DNA of 64,000 bases, taken from Candidatus Oxydemutatoraceae bacterium (GTDB taxonomy: Bacteria > Pseudomonadota > Gammaproteobacteria > Poriferisulfidales > Oxydemutatoraceae). The translations under genes and the position numbers were made by a program. Under the pieces are notes generated by a model. That model was not told where the DNA came from. It saw only the letters and a program-made list of their open reading frames with translations, and made no database searches. The stretch lies in assembly GCA_965226235.1 (NCBI GenBank), contig OZ245335.1, forward strand, positions 1,137,660-1,201,659, read 5' to 3'. This document shows, in pieces, positions 1-12,000 of the stretch; within the stretch, counting starts at the first letter, position 1, and every line of letters begins with the position of its first letter.

Positions 1-3000
1 TGCCAAATCAAACGCCAGCGCGAACACACGCGGGACAATCTCCACACCCAGTGTCGCCGGTGCGACCGCCGCGCCCGCGCCGTCCACATCAAGTACCGAT
101 GCCTCCAGCACGCCATCCGTCGCGGTCGTCGCCGCTTCCAGCGTCACCACAGCCGCGGTGCTGCCTCGGGTGAACATCATCGGCTCCAACGCTACAACAT
201 CCACACCGCCGCCGCCGGCCGAGTCGGACGGAGCATACGTAAACGTCGCCGCGAACACATCATCCCCAATGAGTTCCGTAGCGCCCGTCAGCGTCAGCGT
301 CACCTGCGCCGTGGCACCCGCGACAACGGAAACCGATGCCAGGTCAAACGCCAACGTGAACGCACGCGGGACAATCTCCACACCCAGTGTCGCCGGTGCG
401 ACAGTCGCGCCGGCCACATCGGGCACCGACGCCGTCAGCACGCCATCCGTCGCGGTCGTCGCCGCTTCCAGCATCACCACAGCCGCGGTGCTACCCGCGG
501 TGAACATCACCAGCCCCAACGCCACAACCTCTACTCCGCCGCCGGCCGGGTCAGACGAGTCATATGCAAACGTGACCTCGACCGCCTCATCTTCCCCTAT
601 GAGTTCCGTATCGCCCGTCAGCGTCAACGTCACCTGCGTCGTGGCGCCCGCGACAACGGAAACCGATGCCAGATCAAACGCCAACGCCAACGTGAACGCC
701 CGCGGAACGATCTCTACCGCCAAGGTGGTGGAACCCACCCTCGTGTGTGCGACCGCCGTGCCGTCAGCCAGCAACAACACTTTGCCCGTAGCGACGACCA
801 TCCCCAGCGGTGGCACTGCGTCGAAGGGCGCCACAATGGTAAAGATCGTGCTCTCCTCATCCGCCGTCAGCGTCAGTTCAAGCGGAATGACTGTCGCCGT
901 CGTCGGCCGCAGCGTGACCTGTAGCGTCTCGCCCTCCCTCAGCAAACCCGCATTCTCCAGCACCACCTCCACCTCGGTCGCGCCGCCAGCCAGCACCCGT
1001 GCCGTGGTCGCAGGGACGAACGCCAGCCTGAACCGGCGCACGACAATCACCGGAATCTCTTGAGGATCAACTGTGGCGTTGACCAGACCGGCGGCCGCAT
1101 CGAAGATCGCCTCCAGTACCCCTGCGGTCGCGGTCGACGTCGCGCTCAGTATCGAGGCGACCTCGACGCTGGATGTGGGACTCGTTACGTCAAACACCAC
1201 CGGGGACAGCGTCACGCCGACACCATCGGTGTATGTCCAATCGACCGTCAGTGTCTCGCCCGCAAACAGACGCGACGCACCGAACGGCGTGTCGACCCCC
1301 GACAGGGTGGCGACGACCGGGATGCTTTCGCCCGCGATCACCTGCACGCCGGTGTTGATCTGCAGGCTCCACGCCTCCAGCGTGCCGATTTCACCACGAA
1401 GAAGATAGTCATCTACCGTCAGTGTCCACTCGCCCTGCGCGGGCGCCCCTACCAAAGCAGCCAGACCTGCATGATCCAGCGAGGTGTATGTCTCGAAGAG
1501 ATTCTCCGCAGAGCCGCCCGCCCGGTCATGCAACGCCACTGCCTCCCCCTCGGGAGAAACCAGAAAAACGCGCAGGTCTCCGATAAACGGGTGCAGGATC
1601 TCTACCTGCACCGTCAGCGATTCGATCGTGATTTCGTCCTCCACAGTGATGACGCTACGCACCGACTGCATACCCGTATCATCCGGGATCAGCTCGTTCG
1701 GGCGCACCGTCCGACTGAACTTCCCAGCCGCCGACGACAGCGACAACCGGAAGCGCCGCGGCGCGATCTCCACCGGTAGCGCTGCCGACGCGATCTCGGC
1801 GTTGACCGAAATGGCGCCCGCGACCACCGCCGTCAATGTCCCGCGCGTCGCGTTGAACAACGCGTCCAGCGTCACGCCGACGGGGGTGAGATCCGCGTCG
1901 AACGTCACCCTCTGCGTGGACAGCGCAACGCCGGTGCCGTCGTCATACGCCAGCACCACTTCCAGCTCCTCGCCCGCAAACACCCTCGGAATACCGAGCG
2001 GCGGCGTCCTGATCGCCGTCAGCGAAGCCACCAGCGACACGCTACCGCCCGCCAGCACCGGCGCGAATCCGTTGATCTCCAGGCTCCACGCCTCCAGCGT
2101 GCCGATATTTCCATCAGCATAGTCACCTACCGACAGTGTCCACACGCCCTGCGCGGGTGCCCCTACCAAAGCAGCCAGACCTGCATGATCCAGCGAGGTG
2201 TATGTTTCGAAGAGATTCTCCGCAGAGCCGCCCGCCTCGTCATGCAACGCCACCACCGCCCCCTTGGGAGAAACCAGAAAAACGCGCAGGTCTCCGATAA
2301 ACGAGTGCCGGATCTCTACCCGTACCGCCAGCGATTCGATCGTGATTTCGTCCCCCACAGTGATGGCGCTCTGCACCGACTGCCTAAACGTATCCTGGAT
2401 CGCCTCGTTCGGGCGCTCCGTCCGACTGAACTGGACGACCCCCGCCGGCGACAGCGATAGCCGGAAGCGCCGCGGCACGATCTCCACCCGCAGGGTGATT
2501 GGAACTACCCGCGTGTGCAAAACCTCTTTGTCGTTCGACTCCAACACCACCCGGCCAGCTAATAAGCCCCTCAGCTGCACCGTTCCTGGCAGCAGATCCG
2601 ATCTGTCCTCCATCGAGAAGGTGAAAACATCCCCCGGTTCTGCGTTCTGACCGCTCTGGACGCGACCATGGCGCAGCGGCGGCAGAAGATCAAACAAGAA
2701 TTTCTCGTCCCCCCCCAGCAACTCCGTATCCAGAAACTCCGGATTGTCCAGCACCCACATCACTGTCCTATCGCCGCCACTCAGAATCTGCACCGTCGTG
2801 ACCCCGCGACTGGTATTGTCCGGCGAGGTGGTGATCTCAAGCGGCGTGCCGTCCCGCGTGGCGAAGGAGATAGTAAACTCGCGCAACACCTGCACCGGCA
2901 ACGTCGCAGACGACGGGATCGTCGTGCGCAGCGTACTCGGCACCGTCTCTAGCAACTGCAACTGCAAATCGTCCCTCTGTACCGCAAGGGGAAGGAGCGC

Positions 3001-6000
3001 GGTCAGTTCCAGTTCCAGTTCCTGCGACATTTCTCCTGCACGGAAAGTTAACGTAGCCGGATCTATCTCCAGACCCAATTGCGCCCCAGCGCTTACAGAC
3101 ACATTGACCTGCTCGCCGTCGCGCAGGCTCTCGCCGGCAACGCCTTCCAGGGAGACCAACACCCGCGTCGAAGCACCGGTAACCCGCGGCGAAGCGCCGG
3201 CAACCCGCGTCGAAGCACTGGCAACCACCACCGCGGTAGACAGCCGCTCACCCTGCGGCGAACGGAACACCCACTTGAACTCACGCGCGCCGATGATGCT
3301 CACGGGCAACCCGGCGTCCATAAACTCCGCGCCCGCCAGACTCGCGGGAGACATCTCCACCGAGGCGACCAAAACCGTCGCCCCGGGCGACGTGTCCGCA
3401 GCAGCGCGCAGCACAACCACATGACTCGTAGCAGAGGCGTCGAACGACAGCTCGGTCGGCGACATCACGCTCACTGTGCTGGCATCGTCCAGACGCAATC
3501 TCACAAGCACCTCATCCCCTGCCGGCAGGTGCGACGCGTTGGTCAGCGACAGAACCACCGTCTCCGTCATGCCGGTCAGAATCCCGATCTGCGGCGGCTC
3601 GAACACCAAGCGAAACTCGTTCGGCAACACCTCGATCCTCAGCGCCGCCGGCGCGATCTCGGCGTTGACCGAAATGGCACCCGCGACCGCCGTCAATGTC
3701 CCGCGCGTCGCGTCCAACAACGCGTCCAACGTCACGTCGACGGCGGTGCGCCCGGCGGTGAACGTCACCATCTGCTCGGACAGCGCAACGCCGGTGCCGT
3801 CGTCATACGCCAGTACCACTTCCACCACTTCCGGCCCCACTCCCGCCAGCATCTCGTTCGCAAACAACTGCGGTGTCCCGAGCGGGGTTTCGACCGCCAC
3901 CAGCGAAGCCGTCACCGCCGCGCTACCGCCCGCAAGCACCCGCGCGAATCCGTTGATCTCCAGGCTCCACGCCTCCAGTGTGCCGGTCTCACCATCATTA
4001 TAGTCACCTACCGTCAGTGTCCACTCGCCCTGCGCGGGCACCCCTACCAAAGCAGCCAGACCTGCATGATCCAGCGAGGTGTATGTCTCGAAGAGATTCT
4101 CCGCAGAGCCGCTCATCCGGTCATGCAACGCCACCACTACCCCCTCGGGAGAAACCAGCAAAACGCGCAGGTCTCCGATATCCAAGTGACTGATCTCTAC
4201 CCGCACCTCCAGCGATTTGATCACCGTGGCCTCGGCCACGGTGATGGTGCTGCGCACCGACTGCATAGCCGTATTATCCGGGATCGCCTCGTTCGGGCGC
4301 TCCGTCCGACTGAACTGGACGACTCCCGCCGGCGACAGCGATAGCCGGAAGCGCCGCGGCACGAACTCCACCCGCAGGGAAACTGGAACTACCCGCGTGT
4401 GCAAAACCTCTTTGTAGTCCCCGTCCTCGTCCTTCGACACCACCTTGCCATCTATTAAGCCCAGCGTCACCATTTGTAGCGGCACATTCGAACGAAGGTC
4501 CGTCGAAAATCCGACTTTATCCCCCGGTTCCGGGGGATCACCGCTGCTGACGCGACCATTGGGCAGCGGCGGCAGAAGATCAAACAAGAACTTCTCGTCC
4601 CCCCCCAGCAACTCCAGATCGTCCAGCACCAGCACCAACTCACGAGAGCCGCCAACCAGAATTCGCAGCGTCGTGGCCCTGGGACCGGCATTGTCCGGCG
4701 GGGTGGTGATCTCAAGCGGCGCGCCGTCCCGTGTGGCAAAGGAGATAGTAAACTCGCGCAACACCCGCACCGGCAACGTCGCAGACGGCGGGATCGTCGT
4801 GCACAGCGTATCCGGCATCGTCCCTAGCAACTGCAACTGCAAATCGTCCCTCTGTACCGCAAGGGGAAGGAACGCGGCCAGTTCCAGTTCCAGTTCCTGC
4901 GACATTTCTCCTGCACGGAAAGTGAACTCAGCCGGCTCTATCTCCAGACCCGACTGCGCCCCAACGCTTACAGACACATCGACCTGCTCGGCGCCGAGCA
5001 GGCGCTTGCCGGCAACGCCTTCCAGGGAGACCAACACCCGCGTCAAAGCACCGGCAACCCGCGGCGACGAAGCGCCGGCAACCCGCGTCGAAGCACTGGC
5101 AACCACCACCGCGGCAGACAGCCGCTCACCCTGCGGCGAGCGGAACACCCACTCGAATTCACGCGCGCCGACGATGCACACGGGCAACTCGGCGTCCACA
5201 AATTCCGCGCCCGCCAGACTCGCGGGAGGCATCCCCACCGAGGCGACCAAAACCGTCACCCCGGGCGACGTGTCCGCAGCAACGCTCAGCACAACCACAT
5301 GACTCGTAGCAGAGGCGTCGAACGACAGTTCGGTCGGCGACATCACGCTCACCGTGCTGGCATCGTCCAGAAGCAATCCCACAAGCACCTCATCTCCTGC
5401 CGGCAGGCGCGACGCGTCGGTCAGCGACAGAACCACCGTCTCCTCCGTGCCGGTCAGAATCCCGACCCGCGGCGGCTCGAACACCAAGCGAAACTCGTTC
5501 GGAAACACCTCGATCCTCAGCGTCGCCGGTGCGACCGCCGCACCGGCCACATCGGGCAGCGACGCCGTCAGCACGCCACCCGTCGCGATCGTCGCCACTT
5601 CCAGCATCACCACAGCCGCGGTGCTACCTGCGGTGAACTCCACCGGCCCCGCAACCCGCACGCTGCCGGCCGGGTCAGACGAGTCATATGCAAACGTGAC
5701 CTCGACCGCTTCATCATCTCCTATGAGTCCCGTATCGCCCGTCAGCGTCAACGTCACCTGCGTCGTGGCGCCCGCGACAACGGAAACCGATGCCAGATCA
5801 AACGCCAACGCCAACGTGAACGTCTGCGGGACAATCTCCACCGCCAGTGTCGCCGGTGTGACCGTCGCACCGGCCGCCTCGGGCACCGATGCCGTCAGCA
5901 CGCCACCCGTCGCGGTCGTCGCCGCTTCCAGCATCACCACAGCCGCGGTGCTGCCCGCAGTGAACGTCACCGGCTCCAGAATCTGCACGCCGCCATCCGG

Positions 6001-9000
6001 GTCAGACGAGTCATATGCAAACGTGACCTCGACCGCCTCATCATCTCCTATGAGTCCCGTATCTCCCGTCAGCGTCAGCGTCACCTGCGTCGTGGCGCCC
6101 GCGACAACGGAAACCGATGCCAGATCAAACGCCAACGCCAACGCCCGCGGGACAATCTCCACCGCCAGTGTCGCCGAAACCACCCGCGTGTTCGCGACCG
6201 GTACATCTACATCGCCCGACAGTACCTCGCCCGAGGCGACCACCATCCCCAGCGGCGACACTGCGTCGAAAAGTGCCGCGATGGTGAGGGTCGCGCGCGG
6301 CGTAGTCGGCGTTAGCGTCAGTTCAAGCGGAATGACTGTCACCGTCGTCGGCTGCAACGAAACCAGCAACTGCTCGTCCTCCATCAGCACATCCGGGTTC
6401 TCCAGCACCACCACCACCTCGGTCGTGGCACCCGCAATCACCGACACCGTTGACGCATCGAATGCCAGTACGAACGCACGCGGGACGATCTCCACCGGCA
6501 CCACCGCAGGGTCGATTTCTGCGTTGACCAGACCGGCGGCCGCATCGAATGTCGCCTCCAGTACCCCTGCGGTCGCTTCCAGCGTCGCGCTCAGCGTCGA
6601 GGCAGCCTCAATGCTGGATGTGGGACTCGCTACGTCAAACACCACTGGGGACAGCGTCACGCCGACACCATCGGTGTATGTCCAATCGACCGTCAGTGTC
6701 TCGCCCGCAAACAGACGCGACGCACCGAACGGCGTGTTGACCCTCGACAGGGTGGCGACGACCGGGATGCTTTCGCCCGCGAGCACCTGCACGCCGGTGT
6801 TGATCTGCAGGCTCCACGCCTCCAGCGTGCCGATACCACCAGTCCTATAGTCACCTACCAACAGTTCCCACGTGCCCCGCGCGGGCGCCCCTACCAAAGC
6901 AGCCAGAGCTGCATGATCCAGCGAGGTGTATGTCTCGAAGAGATTCTCCCCAGAGCTGCCCGTCTCGTCATGCAACGCCATCGTCCCATCCTTGGGAGAA
7001 GTCAGAAAAACGCGCAGCTCTCCGATAAACGGGTGCCGGATCTCTACCCGTACCGCCAGCGATTCGATCGTGATTTCGTCCCTCACAGTGATGACGCTAC
7101 GCACCAACTGCGTACCCGTACCCGTACTATCCGGGATCGCCTCGTTCGGGCGCTCCGTCCGACTGAACTGATCGTCACCGGAGAGCGACAGGCGGAAGCG
7201 CCGCGGCGCGATCTCCACCGGTAGCGCTCCCGGCGCGATCTCGGCGTTGACCGAAATGGCGCCCACGACCACCGCCGTCAATGTCCCGCGCGTCGCGTCG
7301 AACAACGCGTCCAGCGTCACGCCGACGGTGGTGCTCTCCGCGTCGAACGTCACCATCTGCGTGGACAGCGCAACGCCGGTGCCGTCATACGCCAGCACCA
7401 CTTCCACCACGTCCGGCCCCACTCCCGCCAGCCCCTCGTTCGTAAACAACTGCGGCGTCCCGAGCGGGGTTTCGACCGCCACCAGCGAAGCCGTCACCGC
7501 CGCGCTACCGCCCGCCAGCACCCGCGCGACGAATCCGTTGATCTCCAGGCTCCACGCCTCCAGCGTGCCGCTATCACCAGAAACATTATCTACCAACAGT
7601 GCCCACTGGCCCTGCGCGGACTCCCCTACCAAAGCAGCCAGACCTGCATGATCCAGCGAGGTGTATGTCTCGAAGAGATTATCCGCAGTGCTGCCCGTCT
7701 GCCCGTGCAACAACACATCACCCGTTCCCCGGGGAGAGGCCAGAAGAACGCGCAGGTCTCCGATACGCGGGTGCCGGATCTTTACCCGCACCGCCAGCGA
7801 TTCGATCGTGATTTCGTCCCCCACAGTGATGAAGTTGTGCACCGACTGCGTAACCGTACCATCCGGGATCTCCTGGTTCGGGCGCTCCGTCCGACTGAAC
7901 CGATTGGAGGGCGACAGCGATAGCCGGAAGCGCCGCGGCACGATCTCCACCCGCAGGGAGACTGGAACTACCCGCGTGTGCAAAACCTGTTCGCCGTCCG
8001 ACTCCAACTCCACCCGGCCAGTTAAGCCCAGCGTCACCGTTCTTGGCCTCACATTCGATGCGCGGTCCATCGATAAGGTGATTACATCCCCCGGTTCCAA
8101 GCCCTGACCGCCGCTGACGTTACCATTGGGCAGCGTCGGCACAAGATTCAAAATGAACACCTCGCCCACCCCCAGCAACCCCGGATTATCCAGCACCAGC
8201 ACCAACGCACGAGAGCCGCCAATCAGAATCTGCACCGTCGTGGCCCTGCGACCGGCATTGTCCGGCTGGGTGATGATCTCAATCGGCGCGCCGTCCGGCG
8301 TGGCGAAGGAGAAAGTAAACTCGCGCAACACCTGCACCGGCACCACCGCAGGGTCTATTTCTGCGTTGACCAGACCGGCGGCTGCATCGGGTCTCGCCTC
8401 CAGCACCCCTACCCCTGTGGTCGCGTCCGGTGTCGCGCTCAGCATCGAGGCGACCTCGACGCTGGATGTGGGACTCGCTACTTGAAACACCACCGGGGGC
8501 AGCGTCACGCCGGCGCCATCGGTGTATGTCCAATCGGCCGTCAGCGTCTCGCCCGCAAACAGACGCGACGCACCGAACGGCGTGTCGACCCCCGACAGGG
8601 TGACGACGACCGGGATACTTTCGCCTGCGAGCACCTGCACGCCGGTGTTGATCTGCAGGTACCACGACTCCAGCGTGCCGGCGCTCTCAGTTGCAAAGTT
8701 ATCTGTCACCGTCAGCGACCAATCGCCCTGCGCGCTACCCCCGACCAAGGCCGCCAGACCCGCGTCGCCCACCGACATATATGCCCGGACGAGGTCGGGC
8801 CCAGTGTCCAAAGCGTTAGGCCTGTGCAGTGTCACCGTCGTTCCCCCGGGCGGTGTCAGCACAACCTCCAGCTCGCTCCTATCCGGGTGGCTGATCGCGA
8901 CCCCGACCACCAGCGATTCGATCGTGATGTCCTCCGTCACGGTGATGATACTGACCAGCGGCGCGAAATCCAGATCCGGAATAAAAGCATGGGGACGCGC

Positions 9001-12000
9001 CTCCCTTGCGATGCGCCGCGCGGGATCCGCCGGCGCGACCGACAGCGACAGCCGGAAGCGCCGCGGCACGATCTCCATCGGCAGCACCGCCGGCGCGACC
9101 TCGACGTTCACCGGAACGGCGCCCGCGACCACCGCCGTCAGCGTCCCCGGCGTCGCGTCGGGCGTCGCGTCCAGCGTCACGCTGACGGCGCTACTCTCCG
9201 CGTCGAACATCACCCTCTGCCTGGACAGCGCAACGCCGGTGCCGACATATATCAGCCCCACTGCCAGCGTCTCGCCCGCAAACAGCCGCGGCGTCCCGAG
9301 CGGGGTTTCGACCGCCGCCAGCGAAGCCGTCACCGCCGCGTTGCCGCCTGCCAGCACCCCCGGGAATTGGCTGATCTCCAGACTCCACGCCTCCAGCGTG
9401 CCGCTATCCTGACCAGAATAGTCACCTACCGTCAGTGTCCACTCGCCCTGCGCGGGCACCCCTACCAAAGCAGCCAGATCTGCATGATCCAGCGAGGTGT
9501 ATGTCTCGAAGATATTCTCCGCAGCGCCGCCCGTCTCCCCGTGCAACAGCACATCCGCTCCCCCGGGAGAGACCAGAGAAACGCGCAGGTCTCTGATAAA
9601 CGAGTGCCGGATCTCTACCCGCACCGCCAGCAATCCGATCGTGATTTCGTCCTCCACAGTGATGCTGCTGCGCACCGACTGCTCATCCGTATCATCCGGG
9701 ATCTCCTCGTTCGGGCGCTCCGTCCGACTGAAGGACCGATTGGAGAGCGACAGCCGGAAGTGCCGCGGCGCGATCTCCACCGACAAAGTGGTCGAAACCA
9801 CCCGCGTGTACGCAACCCGGCCTTCGCCCGGCACCACTCGGCCAGAGGCGAGCACCATCCCTTCCAGCGGATCCGCGTCGTGGCGCGCTTCGATGGTGAA
9901 GGTCGCGCGCGGCATAGCCGGCGTCAGCGTCAGTGTAGACGGAACGGCAACCACGATCTCCGCCGAGAGAGAGACCTCGACTACCTCATCCACCCTCAGC
10001 AATCCCGGATTGTCCAGCGCCACCACCACCTCGGTCGTGCCACCCGCCAGCACCCGCGCCGCGCCATCCGGCGTGGCAAAGGAGAGCGCCAGTTCGGAAA
10101 ACACCCGCACCGGCAATGTCGTCGACGACGGGATCGTTACGCTGTCCACCAATTCCGTCGGCATCGTCTGCGTCAGCTGTACCTGCAACTCGTCGATGTC
10201 GCCCTGATCCGCGTCAGGAAACGCGGTCAAAACAATCGCCTGCGGCGAGCCGCGCTGGATCGATGCCGTCTCCGGAGACACAGCCGACAGAACAGCACCC
10301 AGCGTTACGTCCACCTGCTCGCCTTCGAACAGCCGCTCTCCGGAAACACCTTCCAGGGAGACCAGCAACTGCGTCGATGCGCCTGCAACCACCACCGCGG
10401 TAGACAGCTGCTCACCCTGCGGCGAACGGAACACCCACTCGAACTCACGCATATCCAGCAAGTTCACCAGCAGCCTGGCACTCACGAACGAAGCGTGGAT
10501 GTCCGTGTCCACGGAGTCCACTGACGCGATCAGCGTCGCGCTACCCGTGCTGCTGCTATCCGGAACCATCAGCTCCACCCTCAGGCTCGTGCTGTCCCGG
10601 CCGAACGCCAGCGGTGGATGCATCAGCGTCAGCGATGGCGATAATCCTAGCGACATAGCCACGGCGAATACGGCATTGACATTGACCGACTCCGGCAACA
10701 GCGACGCGTCCGACAGCGTCAAAACAACTGCCTCCGTGCCGCCGACCAAGATCCCGATCATCCCCGGCGGCTCGAATGCCAAACGAAGCTCCCGCGGCAA
10801 AATCTCCACTATGGCCGGCTCCTGTTCGACATTCGCGTTCACCAAGGAGGGGGAGGGCAACCGGCCGGATTGCAGGACAGGGACCCTGGATGACGAATCC
10901 AACTCCACCGCCAGCACGATTTCGCGCTCGGTACTGCCCGCACGAAACTCCACTGTCCCCGGCAGCACCTCGATGCCTGCATCGGCGGGAAGATTATCCT
11001 GCAGATTCAATCGAAACACCTCGTCAGCAAACAGTTGCGGCCTCCCGAACCCGGTATCCACCCCCGACAACCGCACCCGCAACGGGGTCGAACCAGCCGC
11101 GAGCACGTACACCACCGAAACCGGGGCGCCGGTTTCGCTCAGAAGCGACACGCGGAAACTCCGCGGCATGATCTCCACCGCCAGGGCGGTCGAAACCACC
11201 CGCGTGTTCGCGACCGTTGTGCCGTCATCCCGTTGCACCTCGCCCGAGGCGACCACCATCCCTTCCGGCGGATCCGCGTCGTGGCGCGCCGTGACAGAGA
11301 AGGTCGCGCTCGACTGCACCGCAGTCAGCGTCAGCGGTGCAGACGGAGCGACTGTCACCGTCGCCGTCGTCGGCTGCAGCAAAACCTGCACTGTCTCGCC
11401 CGGAAACAGGGCTGCGGGATTGCGCAGGATCAGCCTCACCCCGGTCGTAGCACCCGCCAGCACATCCACACCAAAGGAGTCCACACCAAAGGAGTTCGAG
11501 AAGCCGGTGTACAGGGGCACCCCCGACGCCGTCTCCAGCCCCAGGAACAGCTCGCGCTCGAGAATCTCCACCCGCTGCGGCACCAGCTCCTCCAGATTCC
11601 GGTTCGGTGCTGTCAGACTACTGAAGAACAAGTTGCCGTCGCTCGCGCCCGGAAAAACCGACAGGGTAACTATCGTCCGGTCGCTTGTCTCCGTGAACAT
11701 CGCCTCCGACAGGGTCACCTCAGATGAGGCCACCCCAGATTCGTCCATGTAGCCAAAGGCGATCTCCAGCTGCTCGTCACTGGCCAGCCTTGGCACGGAC
11801 CCATCTACCCGGGTCAAAACCGCCTCCAACTCCCATTTCCCGGGCATGACTTGCAAGACGTTGCCCTGCTGCTGCGACGGCAGCAAGTCAAACTGCAGAG
11901 ACCATTCATTCACCGCGATTTCTTCTTCTTCACTGCCAGCCACCCTGCTCACAAACAGGGTCCATTGCCCTCGCGCCGAAAGCCCGGACACCGCCTCGGA

